NCBI GenBank assembly: GCA_905215475.1
Contig: CAJMPW010000001.1
Coordinates: forward strand, 111,109 to 175,108
Direction of reading: 5' to 3'
Origin: an uncultured bacterium
GTDB taxonomy: Bacteria; Bacillota; Clostridia; Oscillospirales; Oscillospiraceae
Length of the DNA: 64,000 nucleotides
A model generated the notes under the pieces. The model saw nothing but the letters and a program-made list of their open reading frames with translations. It searched no databases and was not told where the DNA came from. Both the position numbers and the translations under genes were made by a program. This document shows positions 51,658 through 61,900 of this stretch, one piece after another (within the stretch, counting starts at the first letter, position 1; each line of letters begins with the position of its first letter).

Positions 51658-53724
51658 ATGGAAAAACCCATCAAGCCCGGCCGTATCGCCGCGCTCGCGT
51701 GTATGCTCACGCTGCTCGTGATCGTGTTCGTGGTTGCGCTCTACAAACTGCAGATCGTGGAAGGTAAGGCGTATTATGAGGAAAACCGCAACAGCGTCGC
51801 CAGCTCCCAGAGCGTGGCGGCCGCGCGCGGCAGCATCCTTGACCGCTATGGCCGCGTGCTCGTGTCGAACACGAGCTGCAACAACCTCGTCTTCAACCCC
51901 GATGACCTCTTCGAGCAGGACGACCCGAACGGCATCCTGCTGCGCCTTGCGCGCACCGTCGTCAGCTGCGGCGACACGTATGTCGACGAGATGCCGGTCA
52001 CGACCGAGCCGCCGTTCGAGTATACGGACATGAACGAGACGCAGCGCACACAGCTCAAGGGCTTTCTCAAATATGCCGGTCTCGACGAGGAGGCCACGGC
52101 CGTGGAGCTTTTGAGCTACTGCCGCGAAAAGTTTGAGATCAACAACAACTACTCCGCAGCCGATATGCGCACCATCGCCGGTCTGCGCTATTCGATCAAG
52201 ACGCGCTATATCGACAAGCTCTATCTGCCCGATTACGTCTTTGTCAAGGACGCGAGCATGGAGCTCATCACCTCCCTGAAGGAGAATAACGTCCCCGGCT
52301 TTGAGGTCACGGTGTCGTATACGCGCCAGTATCACACGAATCTGGCGGCGCATCTGCTCGGCTACACGGGCCTGATGAACGCCGAGGAGTACACGACCTA
52401 TAAGACGCAGGGCTATCCCATGAGCGCGACCGTCGGCAAGGACGGGGCGGAGCTCGCCTTTGAGAAATATCTCCACGGCACGGACGGCACGGCGATCGTG
52501 ACGAAAAACGCTGCCGGTACCGTCACCGGTACGACCTATACCAAGGAGCCGGAGCCCGGCAATCAGGTCAGTCTCACCATTGACCTCGACCTGCAGTCGG
52601 CGGCGGAACAGTCGCTGACCAAGGGCATCGAGAACATGAAGTCAAAATCCACGGAAGACAGCGACGCCGTCGGCGGCGGCGCGCTCGTGGCGGTCGACGT
52701 CGCCACCGGTCAGCCGCTGGCCATCGCAAACTACCCGACCTTCGACCTGCAGACGCTCTTCCAGAGCGAGGAGAACTACAAGGCCGTCTCCGAGGCGGAC
52801 AACCAGCCGCTGTTCAACCACGCGCTGCTCGGCCAGTATTCTCCGGGCTCGACGTTCAAGCCCTGCACGGCCATTGCCGGCCTGACCGAGGGCGTCATCA
52901 CCACCGGAACGGAGATCGAGTGCACCGGCACGTTCCGCAAGTATGAGGACACCGGCTACGCGCCCAAGTGCTGGATCGCCTCCTCCGGCACCACGCACGG
53001 CAATGACAACGTTACCGAGGCTATCCGCGACTCGTGCAACATCTTCTTCTACACCGTCGGCGACAGCCTGCCGATCGACACGCTCGCGCGCTATGCCGCG
53101 GCCTTCGGCCTCGGCGAGCACACCGGCATCGAGCTGCCGGAGAGCACCGGCCAGATGGCCACGGAGGCCGTGAAGAAAAAGCTCGAGAACACGAACTGGT
53201 ATGTCGGCGACTCGCTGCAGGCGGCCATCGGCCAGTCGTACAGCCTGTTCACGCCGCTGCAGCTTTCGGAATACTGCGCCACGATCGCAAACGGCGGCAC
53301 GCGCCACAGCGCGTCCATCCTGAAGTCCGTGCGCAGCTACGACGGCAGCGAGCTCATCTATGAAAACGAGGCTGAGGTGCTCAGCACCGTTGAGACCGGC
53401 GACTACAACTGGGCCGCCGTGCAAAAGGGTATGTACCTCGTCGCCAACGACCCCGCCGGCAGCGCTTACGAGACCTTCGGCAGCTACGGCGTGAAGGTCG
53501 CCGCCAAGACCGGTACCGCCCAGCTCGGCGATAACCAGGTCAACAACGCCATTTTTATCTGCTACGCACCGTATGACAACCCCAAGGTCGCCGTGGCGGT
53601 CGTTGTGGAGCACGGCAGCGCCGGCGCTTCCATCGCCTCCATCGCGCGCGATTTTCTCGACGCATATTTTACCGTCAAGACCGTTGACACCGCCCCCGAG
53701 AGCGAGCTCTCGCTGCTGCGATGA
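51658..53724 (+). CDS. mrdA: Penicillin-binding protein 2 (class B PBP, elongasome transpeptidase)
   Basis: N-terminal TM; SxxK STFKP, SxN SCN, KTG(T) AAKTGTAQ; PBP dimerisation domain. Confidence 0.9.
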   Translation: MEKPIKPGRIAALACMLTLLVIVFVVALYKLQIVEGKAYYEENRNSVASSQSVAAARGSILDRYGRVLVSNTSCNNLVFNPDDLFEQDDPNGILLRLARTVVSCGDTYVDEMPVTTEPPFEYTDMNETQRTQLKGFLKYAGLDEEATAVELLSYCREKFEINNNYSAADMRTIAGLRYSIKTRYIDKLYLPDYVFVKDASMELITSLKENNVPGFEVTVSYTRQYHTNLAAHLLGYTGLMNAEEYTTYKTQGYPMSATVGKDGAELAFEKYLHGTDGTAIVTKNAAGTVTGTTYTKEPEPGNQVSLTIDLDLQSAAEQSLTKGIENMKSKSTEDSDAVGGGALVAVDVATGQPLAIANYPTFDLQTLFQSEENYKAVSEADNQPLFNHALLGQYSPGSTFKPCTAIAGLTEGVITTGTEIECTGTFRKYEDTGYAPKCWIASSGTTHGNDNVTEAIRDSCNIFFYTVGDSLPIDTLARYAAAFGLGEHTGIELPESTGQMATEAVKKKLENTNWYVGDSLQAAIGQSYSLFTPLQLSEYCATIANGGTRHSASILKSVRSYDGSELIYENEAEVLSTVETGDYNWAAVQKGMYLVANDPAGSAYETFGSYGVKVAAKTGTAQLGDNQVNNAIFICYAPYDNPKVAVAVVVEHGSAGASIASIARDFLDAYFTVKTVDTAPESELSLLR

Positions 53725-53757
53725 CGGCCGCTGACCAGAAAGAGAGGAGTTTTCCAC

Positions 53758-54159
53758 ATGAACATTGCACTGATCGCTGACGACGGAAAAAAGGAACTCA
53801 TGGTCCAGTTCTGCATCGCATACTGCGGCATTCTGGCCAAGCACGAACTGAGCTCCACGTTTACGACCGGCCGGCTCATCTCCGAGGCCACCGGACTGAA
53901 GATCCGCACGTATCTGCACTCGGCACAGGGCTGCCAGCAGCTCGATGCGCGCATCGCGTACAACGAGATCGACCTCGTGCTGTTTTTCTGCGATGCGGAA
54001 AACGGCAACTTCGACGAGGTCAACCGCATGGCGCGCCTGTGCGACCAGCGGCAGATCCCGTTTGCCAGCAACGTCGCCACGGCTGAGGTGCTCATCCTCG
54101 GTCTGAGCCGCGGCGATCTCGACTGGCGCGACATCGTCAACCCCAAAAAGAAATCGTAA
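53758..54159 (+). CDS. mgsA: Methylglyoxal synthase
   Basis: MNIALIADDGKKELMVQFCIAY...HSAQGCQQLD... Confidence 0.9.
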   Translation: MNIALIADDGKKELMVQFCIAYCGILAKHELSSTFTTGRLISEATGLKIRTYLHSAQGCQQLDARIAYNEIDLVLFFCDAENGNFDEVNRMARLCDQRQIPFASNVATAEVLILGLSRGDLDWRDIVNPKKKS

Positions 54160-54182
54160 GCCCGAAAGGAAACCAAGACATC

Positions 54183-55541
54183 ATGGACAAGATCAAACCC
54201 CGCACGCTGTCCGGCTTCATGGAGCTGCAGCCGGACAAGCAGGTACAGATGGACAAAATGCGCGCCGTTCTGGCCGAGACCTACGCCCGCTACGGCTTCA
54301 CTCCGCTCGACACGCCCGCGATTGAGGCGGCCGAGGTGCTGCTGGCCAAGGGCGGCGGCGAGACGGAAAAGCAGATCTACCGCTTCACGAAGGGCGAGAG
54401 CGATCTGGCACTGCGCTTTGACCTCACGGTGCCGCTGGCGAAGTATGTCGCTGCCAACTACGGTCAGCTCACCTTCCCCTTCCGCCGCTATCAGATCGGC
54501 AAGGTCTGGCGCGGCGAGCGCGCGCAGCGCGGCCGCTTCCGCGAGTTTTATCAGGCGGACATCGACATCATCGGCGACGGTGCGCTCGATATCCTCAACG
54601 AGGCCGAGATCCCGGCCATCATCTACGACACGTTCACCCGCCTCGGTCTGCACCGCTTCCGCATCCGCGTGAATAACCGCAAGGTGCTCAACGGCTTTTT
54701 CGCCATCCTCGGCCTGAGCGAGCAGGCTGGCGACGTGCTGCGCACCATTGACAAGCTCGACAAGATCGGCGCGGACAAGGTGCGCGAGCTGCTCACCGAT
54801 ACCTGCGGCGTTACGGTCGGGCAGGCGGATGAGATCCTGCGCTTTATCGCCTGCCCGGGCACGAGCGCGGATAAGCTCGCCTTCCTCGAGCAGTACCGCG
54901 GCCGCAGCGACGTCTTTGACACCGGTCTCGATGAGCTGCGCACCGTTGTGGGCTATCTGCCCGCGTTCGGCGTCCCGGAGGAGAACTTCGAGCTCGACCT
55001 CACGATCGCGCGCGGTCTCGATTACTACACCGGCACGGTGTACGAGACCGTCCTGCTCGACCATCCCGAGGTCGGCAGCATCTGCTCCGGCGGCCGCTAT
55101 GACGACCTCGCGGGGTATTATACGAACAAGTCCCTGCCCGGCGTCGGCATCTCCATCGGTCTGACGCGCCTGTTTTACATCCTGCAGGAGCAGAACATGA
55201 TCTCTGACGCCGTGCTCACCGCCCCGGCGGACGTGCTCATCCTGCCGATGACGGACGATCTGTCCGCCGCCGTGTCGCTGGCATCCATGCTGCGTGCAGG
55301 CGGTCTGCGCGTGCAGCTTTACAGCGAGAAGAAAAAGTTCAAGGCCAAGATCGGCTATGCCGACAAGCTCGGCATCCCGTTCGTGATCTTCCTCGGCGAG
55401 GATGAGATCGCGCAAAACGTCTGCGCGCTCAAGAACATGGTCACCGGCGCACAGGAGGCCGTGACGCAGGCCGCCGCGCTCGAGACCATCCGCGCGGAGA
55501 TCGCGCGCCGCACCGCCGGCGCGATCCTGCGCGAACAGTGA
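54183..55541 (+). CDS. hisS: Histidine--tRNA ligase
   Basis: Class II motifs: ...FRRYQIGKVWRGERAQRGRFREFYQ..., GGRYD; anticodon-binding C-terminus. Confidence 0.9.
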   Translation: MDKIKPRTLSGFMELQPDKQVQMDKMRAVLAETYARYGFTPLDTPAIEAAEVLLAKGGGETEKQIYRFTKGESDLALRFDLTVPLAKYVAANYGQLTFPFRRYQIGKVWRGERAQRGRFREFYQADIDIIGDGALDILNEAEIPAIIYDTFTRLGLHRFRIRVNNRKVLNGFFAILGLSEQAGDVLRTIDKLDKIGADKVRELLTDTCGVTVGQADEILRFIACPGTSADKLAFLEQYRGRSDVFDTGLDELRTVVGYLPAFGVPEENFELDLTIARGLDYYTGTVYETVLLDHPEVGSICSGGRYDDLAGYYTNKSLPGVGISIGLTRLFYILQEQNMISDAVLTAPADVLILPMTDDLSAAVSLASMLRAGGLRVQLYSEKKKFKAKIGYADKLGIPFVIFLGEDEIAQNVCALKNMVTGAQEAVTQAAALETIRAEIARRTAGAILREQ

Positions 55542-55608
55542 TCCGGTAATACCACCGCCGCCGCACCGCCGGAGGCGATATTCGATAGAAAGAAAGGGAA
55601 TCAGGAGT

Positions 55609-57402
55609 ATGTTTCAGTCCCGCACACACACTTGCAACGAGCTGCGGCTCGAAAACGTCGGCGAGCAGGTCCGCATCGTCGGCTGGATGGAAAATGTCCG
55701 CGAGGTCGGACAGAATTTTGCCTTTGTCGTCGTCCGTGATTTTTACGGCACGACGCAGGTCGTCATCGAGACCGAGGACATGATGAAGCTCGTCAAGCCC
55801 CTCAACAAGGAGTCCACGATCGCCGTCGAGGGCGTCGTGCGCGAGCGCGCGAGCAAAAACCCCAAGCAGCCCACCGGCGACATTGAGCTCGTGCCCACCA
55901 AGATCGAGGTGCTCGGCCGCTGCCGCTACAATGAGCTGCCGTTTGAGATCAACCGCAGCCGCGACGCCGACGAGGCGCTGCGCCTGAAGTACCGCTATCT
56001 CGACCTGCGCAACCCCGCCGTAAAGCAGAACATCATCCTGCGCTGTCAGGTGGTGGCCGCGCTGCGCGCCGCCATGACCGAGCACGGCTTTCTCGAGATC
56101 ACCACGCCCATCCTCACGGCGTCCAGCCCCGAGGGCGCGCGCGACTATCTTGTGCCGGCGCGCAAGCACCCCGGCAAGTTTTACGCTCTGCCGCAGGCAC
56201 CGCAGCAGTTTAAGCAGCTGCTCATGACGGCGGGCTTCGACCGCTATTTCCAGATCGCCCCGTGCTTCCGCGACGAAGATGCCCGCGGCGACCGCAGCCC
56301 CGGCGAATTCTATCAGCTCGACATGGAGATGGCCTTTGCCACGCAGGACGATGTGTTCGCGGTGCTCGAGGACGTGCTCCCGCCGATCTTTGCCAAGTAC
56401 GGCAAGTACAACATCGCATCCGAGGCGCCCTTCCGCCGCATTTCCTACCGCGACGCGATGGACACCTACGGCTCGGATAAGCCCGACCTGCGCATCGACC
56501 TGACCGTGCAGGATATGACGGCGCTCGTCGCGGGCAGCGCCTTTGCGCCCTTTGCAGAGGGCAACACCGTCAAGGCCATCGTCGTGCCCGAGTGCGCGCT
56601 CGCGCGCAAGGCCGTCGATAAGCTCTGCGCCGATGTCGAGGTGCAGGCCGGCAGCAAGCCCTACTGGTTCAAGGTCGACGAGCAGGGCAATTTCTCCGGC
56701 GGCATCGCAAAGTTCTTCACGGATCACACCGCCGAGATCACGGCGGCGCTCGGCCTCAAGCCCGGCTGCTTCGTCGGCGTGACGGCCGGCAAAAAGACCG
56801 CCGCGCAAAAGACGGCGGGCGTGCTGCGCGCCAAGCTCGGCGCGGCCGTGCCGGGTCACATGGACACCGAGCGGTATGAATTTTGCTGGATCGTCGACTT
56901 CCCCATGTACGAGATCGGTGAGGAGTCCGGCGAGCTGGAGTTCTGCCACAACCCGTTCTCGATGCCCAACGGCGGCCTCGAGATCCTCGAGCAGGCCGAG
57001 CGCGGCGAGGTCGATCCGCTCGACATCAACGCCTTCCAGTACGACCTCGTCTGCAACGGTGTCGAGCTCAGCTCCGGCGCGGTGCGAAACCACGATCCTG
57101 AGATCATGGTCAAGGCGTTCGAGCTCGTGCGCCTCGGCGAGGACGATATGAAGGCCAAGTTCCCGGCCATGTACAACGCCTTCTGCTACGGCGCGCCCCC
57201 GCACGCCGGCATCGCCCCGGGTGTCGACCGTATGGTCATGCTCCTCGCGGGCGAGGACAGCATCCGGGAGATCATCCCGTTCCCGATGAACAAAAACGCG
57301 CAGGACGTCATGATGGGCGCGCCCGGCACCGTTGAGCCGCACCAGCTTGAGGAGCTGCACATCGCCATCGTCGGCGACACGGAGCCCGATACCGAAGCGT
57401 AA
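55609..57402 (+). CDS. aspS: Aspartate--tRNA ligase
   Basis: OB-fold N-terminus; motif 2 FRDEDARGDRSPEF; motif 3 GAPPHAGIAPGVDR; GAD insertion domain. Confidence 0.95.
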   Translation: MFQSRTHTCNELRLENVGEQVRIVGWMENVREVGQNFAFVVVRDFYGTTQVVIETEDMMKLVKPLNKESTIAVEGVVRERASKNPKQPTGDIELVPTKIEVLGRCRYNELPFEINRSRDADEALRLKYRYLDLRNPAVKQNIILRCQVVAALRAAMTEHGFLEITTPILTASSPEGARDYLVPARKHPGKFYALPQAPQQFKQLLMTAGFDRYFQIAPCFRDEDARGDRSPGEFYQLDMEMAFATQDDVFAVLEDVLPPIFAKYGKYNIASEAPFRRISYRDAMDTYGSDKPDLRIDLTVQDMTALVAGSAFAPFAEGNTVKAIVVPECALARKAVDKLCADVEVQAGSKPYWFKVDEQGNFSGGIAKFFTDHTAEITAALGLKPGCFVGVTAGKKTAAQKTAGVLRAKLGAAVPGHMDTERYEFCWIVDFPMYEIGEESGELEFCHNPFSMPNGGLEILEQAERGEVDPLDINAFQYDLVCNGVELSSGAVRNHDPEIMVKAFELVRLGEDDMKAKFPAMYNAFCYGAPPHAGIAPGVDRMVMLLAGEDSIREIIPFPMNKNAQDVMMGAPGTVEPHQLEELHIAIVGDTEPDTEA

Positions 57403-57469
57403 ACCCAAAATCCGAGTGACGGCGCCCCGGTCAACGCCGGGGCATCGTCCGTGAAAGAAGGCGAACGGT

Positions 57470-58993
57470 TTGCTGTCCAAGATCCAGTCCCTCGGCTGCC
57501 GCGGTGTGAGCGGCTACGCCGTGAGCGTGGAGTGCCATGTCTCCAACGGTCTGCCGGGGTTTGATATCGTCGGCCTGCCGGATGCGGCCGTCAAGGAGGC
57601 GCGCGAACGCGTGCGCAGCGCCATCAAGACCAACGGCATGAAGTTTCCGGTCAGCCGCCTGACGGTGAACCTCGCCCCGGCGGACACGCGCAAGGCCGGC
57701 ACGCTCTATGACCTGCCGGTGCTGCTGGGGATCCTCTGCGCCACGGGGGAGATCCGCCAGCCGCCGGCGACGGCGGCGTTCTTCGGCGAGGTGAGCCTCG
57801 CGGGGGAGATCCGCCCCGTCACCGGCGCGCTCACGATGGCGCTCGCGGCCGAACAGATCGGCCTCAGGGAGCTCTTTGTCCCGGCGGGCAATGCGGCCGA
57901 GGCCGCCTTTGCCGAGGGCGTGACCGTGTACCCGGTCGAGAACATTTCGCAGCTCGTGCACCATCTGCGCGGGGAGAAGCCCATCGCGCCCATGTCCCCG
58001 CCGGACTTTGCGGCCGCACCGCACTTTGCGGTCGATTTTGCCGAGGTCAAGGCGCAGGAAAACGTCAAGCGCGCGCTTGAGGTAGCGGCAGCGGGCGGGC
58101 ACAACATCCTGCTCGTCGGACCGCCGGGCGCGGGCAAGTCCATGCTCGCCAAGCGCCTGCCGACCATTCTGCCTGCGATGAACCGCGCCGAAATGATCGA
58201 GACCACGCAGATCTACTCCGTCCTCGGTCTCACGACGCCGGACGATCCCGTCGTGCGTGTCCGGCCGTTTCGCGCCCCGCACCACACGGTGTCGAACGTC
58301 GCCATGTCCGGCGGCGGCAGCGCGCTGCAGCCGGGCGAGATGAGCCTTGCCGACAACGGCGTGCTCTTTCTCGACGAGCTGCCGGAGTTTTCGCCCGCCG
58401 TGCTCGAGACGATGCGCCAGCCGCTCGAGGACGGCAGCATCACCATCTCGCGCGCGACCGGCTCCGTGACGTATCCAAGCCGCTTCATGCTCGTGTGCGC
58501 CATGAATCCCTGCAAGTGCGGTTGGTACGGGCACCCTTCGGGGCGCTGCCGCTGCTCGCCGCGCGACGTGCGCCGCTACCATGCGCGCGTATCCGGTCCG
58601 CTGCTCGACCGCATCGACATCATCGTCGAGGTGCCGGCGCTGGACTTTGACGAGCTCACCGAGCCCTCGGCCGGGGAATCGTCGGAGACCATCCGCGCGC
58701 GTGTCAACGCCGCCCGCGCCGTGCAGCGCGCCCGCTACGGGGACGACACCACCGCGACCAATGCCCACATGGGACCGCGCGCCCTTGCGGAGTTTTGTGC
58801 GCTCTCGCCCGAGTGTGAGCAGCTCATGCATCAGGCGTTTGACGCCATGGCGCTCACCGCCCGCAGCTATGACCGCATCCTGCGCGTCGCGCGCACGATC
58901 GCCGATCTCGACGGGGCGCAGACCATCGGTCTCGCGCATCTGGCGGAGGCCATCCAGTACCGCACGTATGATTTTTCCGTCGCCGAGCCGTGA
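57470..58993 (+). CDS. comM: YifB/ComM-family Mg-chelatase-like AAA+ ATPase (TTG start)
   Basis: Lon-like N-terminal domain; Walker A LVGPPGAGKS; ...NPCKCGWYG...C.C.. Confidence 0.85.
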   Translation: MLSKIQSLGCRGVSGYAVSVECHVSNGLPGFDIVGLPDAAVKEARERVRSAIKTNGMKFPVSRLTVNLAPADTRKAGTLYDLPVLLGILCATGEIRQPPATAAFFGEVSLAGEIRPVTGALTMALAAEQIGLRELFVPAGNAAEAAFAEGVTVYPVENISQLVHHLRGEKPIAPMSPPDFAAAPHFAVDFAEVKAQENVKRALEVAAAGGHNILLVGPPGAGKSMLAKRLPTILPAMNRAEMIETTQIYSVLGLTTPDDPVVRVRPFRAPHHTVSNVAMSGGGSALQPGEMSLADNGVLFLDELPEFSPAVLETMRQPLEDGSITISRATGSVTYPSRFMLVCAMNPCKCGWYGHPSGRCRCSPRDVRRYHARVSGPLLDRIDIIVEVPALDFDELTEPSAGESSETIRARVNAARAVQRARYGDDTTATNAHMGPRALAEFCALSPECEQLMHQAFDAMALTARSYDRILRVARTIADLDGAQTIGLAHLAEAIQYRTYDFSVAEP

Positions 58994-59029
58994 GCCCGGC
59001 GGCCGCGCCTGACAAAAGGAGGCTTTGTC

Positions 59030-59356
59030 ATGGATCACAACAACTACAATTGGTATCAGCCGTCCGGACCGCAGCCCGGCAAGCACGAGGCCACCGTCGC
59101 CATGGTGCTCGGCATCGTGTCGTGTGCGCTGCTCGTGTTCGGCTACACGGCGCTCGGCTCGGTCGTCACGGGCATCATCGGTCTGATCTATTCCGCGCGC
59201 GCCAAGAGCCTCGGCTTCAACGGCACGCCGCGCACGGTCGGCTATGTCTGCTCGCTCATCGGGCTGATCCTCGGTGCGCTCGTGTGCCTGCTGCTCGTGT
59301 GGCTCGGCGCGTGGTCGGTCGGCGTGTTCATCACGCTCATCGAGCGCTGCCTGTGA
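59030..59356 (+). CDS. DUF4190-family small membrane protein
   Basis: Pro/Gln-rich N-terminus then two TM helices; AAAGGAGG RBS. Confidence 0.7.
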   Translation: MDHNNYNWYQPSGPQPGKHEATVAMVLGIVSCALLVFGYTALGSVVTGIIGLIYSARAKSLGFNGTPRTVGYVCSLIGLILGALVCLLLVWLGAWSVGVFITLIERCL

Positions 59357-59385
59357 TATCCTGAAAGAAAAGGAACGAACGATTT

Positions 59386-60558
59386 ATGAATGATCTGCTG
59401 CTCTGCAAGCCCGGGGAGATCTTCCTCAAGGGGCTCAACAAGCACTATTTTGAAGAGAGGCTGGTCGCAAACGTCAAGCGCCGCCTCAAGCCCATCGGTC
59501 ACTTCCGCGTGACGTATCTGCAGTCGGCGCTCTATATCGAGGCCGCTGACGACACGGCCGATCTTGACGCGGCGTATGACGCCGTGCGCAAGGTGTTCGG
59601 CATTGCGACGATCACGCGCGCGGCCGCCTGTGAAAAGGACAAGGACGCCATCACGGCGCTCGCCAAGACCTACCTGCACGACGCGATGACGGCGGCGCGC
59701 AGCTTCAAGGTCGAGACCAAGCGCTCGGACAAGCGCTTCCCCATGACGAGCATTGAGCTCTCGCAGTATGTCGGCGGCGAGCTCGCCGAGGCATTTCCCG
59801 ACACGGCGGTCGATGTACACGACCCGGAGCTGACTGTGCGCATCGAGGTGCGCGAGCAGGCGGCGTATGTCCACGCGCAGGCTGTGGAGGCGGCGGGCGG
59901 TATGCCCGTCGGCTGCAACGGCGCAGCCGTGACGATGCTCTCCGGCGGCATCGACAGCCCCGTGTCCTCGTATATGATCGCCAAGCGCGGCGTGCGCCTG
60001 ATCCCAGTGCACTTTTTCTCCTTCCCGTACACCTCGGAGCTGGCCAAGGAAAAGGTCATCTCGCTGGCCAGGGAGCTCACGGCCTACACCGGCCGCATGA
60101 CGCTGCAGATCGTGCCCTTCACGCACATCCAGGAGGAGATCCGCCGCGCCTGCCCGGAGGAGTATTTCACGCTCATCATGCGCCGGTTCATGATGCGCAT
60201 TGCCGAGGACATCGCCGCGCACAACGACTGCAAGGCCATCGTCACCGGGGAAAACCTCGGTCAGGTCGCCAGCCAGACCATGGAGGCCATGGCCTGCACG
60301 CAGGCCGTGACGAGTTTGCCCGTGCTCCAGCCGCTCATCGGCATGGACAAGCGCGACATCGTCAAGATCGCGCGCGACATCGGCACGTTTGACACCTCCA
60401 TCCTCCCGTATGAGGACTGCTGCACGGTCTTTACCCCGCGCCACCCCAAGACCCGCCCGACCGTGGCGGAGGTCGCGGAGGCGGAGGCCGCGCTCGACAT
60501 CGACGCGCTCGTGCGCGAGGCTGTGGACGGAATTGAAAGGATCCGGATCGATTTATGA
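59386..60558 (+). CDS. thiI: tRNA 4-thiouridine(8) synthase
   Basis: THUMP domain then PP-loop SGGIDSPV. Confidence 0.9.
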   Translation: MNDLLLCKPGEIFLKGLNKHYFEERLVANVKRRLKPIGHFRVTYLQSALYIEAADDTADLDAAYDAVRKVFGIATITRAAACEKDKDAITALAKTYLHDAMTAARSFKVETKRSDKRFPMTSIELSQYVGGELAEAFPDTAVDVHDPELTVRIEVREQAAYVHAQAVEAAGGMPVGCNGAAVTMLSGGIDSPVSSYMIAKRGVRLIPVHFFSFPYTSELAKEKVISLARELTAYTGRMTLQIVPFTHIQEEIRRACPEEYFTLIMRRFMMRIAEDIAAHNDCKAIVTGENLGQVASQTMEAMACTQAVTSLPVLQPLIGMDKRDIVKIARDIGTFDTSILPYEDCCTVFTPRHPKTRPTVAEVAEAEAALDIDALVREAVDGIERIRIDL

Positions 60559-61814
60559 ACGCAGAACTCATTGCCGTCGGCACGGAGCTGCTCCTCGGCG
60601 ACACCATCAATACCGACGCGGCGGCTGTCGCGCGCCTGCTCTCGGAGCTGGGCATCAACGTCTATTGGCAGACCGTTGTCGGCGATAACCGCGCGCGGCT
60701 CGAGCAGGCGGTGCAGCTTGCCCGCACCCGTGCCGACCTCATCATCACGACCGGCGGTCTCGGCCCGACGTGCGACGACCTGACCAAGGAGGTCGTGGCC
60801 GGCGCGTTCGGCATCCCGCTCGAACTCAACGAGGCGGAGGAGGCGCGTCTGCGCGGTCTGTACCGCGAGCGCAACACCTACATGACTGAAAACCACCTGC
60901 AGCAGGTCATGCTGCCGCGCGGCTGCACCGTGCTGCAAAACGACTGGGGCACGGCACCCGCCTGCGCATTCGAGGCCGACGGCTGCATGGTCATCATGCT
61001 GCCCGGACCGCCGCTGGAGTGTGAGCCGCTGCTGCGCTACCGTGTGCGCCCGCTGCTCGCCGCGCGCGGCGACGGGATCATCGTCTCGCACAGCGTCAAG
61101 ATTTTCGGCATCGGCGAGGGCACGATGGAGTACCAGCTGCGCGATCTCATGAACGAGATGCAAAATCCCACCCTTGCGCCCTACGCCAAGGAGGGGGAGT
61201 GCCTCGTGCGCGTCACGGCAAAGGCGGCCACCGAGGCCGAGGCCGAGACCATGATCGCCCCGTGCATCGCGCACCTGCAGCGCGAGCTCGGCGCCTTTGT
61301 CTACGGCATTGACACGCCGAACATCGAGACCTGCGCGGCTCAGCTGCTGCTCCGGCAGCACAAGACCATTGCCGTGGCCGACAGCTGCACCGGCGGTCTG
61401 CTCGGCGATATGCTCACAAACGTGCCGGGTGCGTCGGCGATGTTTGCCGGCGGCATCATCGCCTACAACAACGACACCAAGACCCGGCTGCTGGATATCG
61501 ACCCCGCGCTCATTGCGCGCTGCGGCGCGGTCAGCCCCGAGGTCGCGGGCGCGATGGCGGAGCACGCGCGCGCCATGTTTGGCACGGATCTCGCCCTGAG
61601 CATCACCGGCCTTGCCGGACCGGAGGGCGACGGTGTGCACACCGTCGGCACGCTCTTTGTGGCGCTTGCCACGCCGGACGGGACGTTTTACCGCACGCTG
61701 CACAAGGACAAGTGGGGGCGCGTGCGCATCAAGCACGCCGCCGCCAACCACGCCTTTGACATGGTGCGGCGCTATCTCACCGATCTGCCGGTGGAGATCG
61801 AGGAAAACCGCTGA
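60555..61814 (+). CDS. cinA: CinA-family protein (competence/damage-inducible; MocF-like N-terminal domain plus CinA C-terminal domain)
   Basis: MNAELIAVGTELLLGDTINTDAA...ITTGGLGPTCDDLTKE...; 4-nt overlap with thiI. Confidence 0.9.
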   Translation: MNAELIAVGTELLLGDTINTDAAAVARLLSELGINVYWQTVVGDNRARLEQAVQLARTRADLIITTGGLGPTCDDLTKEVVAGAFGIPLELNEAEEARLRGLYRERNTYMTENHLQQVMLPRGCTVLQNDWGTAPACAFEADGCMVIMLPGPPLECEPLLRYRVRPLLAARGDGIIVSHSVKIFGIGEGTMEYQLRDLMNEMQNPTLAPYAKEGECLVRVTAKAATEAEAETMIAPCIAHLQRELGAFVYGIDTPNIETCAAQLLLRQHKTIAVADSCTGGLLGDMLTNVPGASAMFAGGIIAYNNDTKTRLLDIDPALIARCGAVSPEVAGAMAEHARAMFGTDLALSITGLAGPEGDGVHTVGTLFVALATPDGTFYRTLHKDKWGRVRIKHAAANHAFDMVRRYLTDLPVEIEENR

Positions 61815-61900
61815 CGCTATCATCTGCTTTTTCTGCGGCCGGGGCAGCTGTCCCGGCCGCGTTGTGACCCATGCATGATTTGAGAAACCGGAGGACCGAT

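Noticed and set aside
57417-57445. Terminator after aspS (gccccgg-tcaacg-ccggggc)
   Set aside because: There is a GC hairpin but no downstream U-tract, and it sits within the comM upstream region, so it is not called with confidence.
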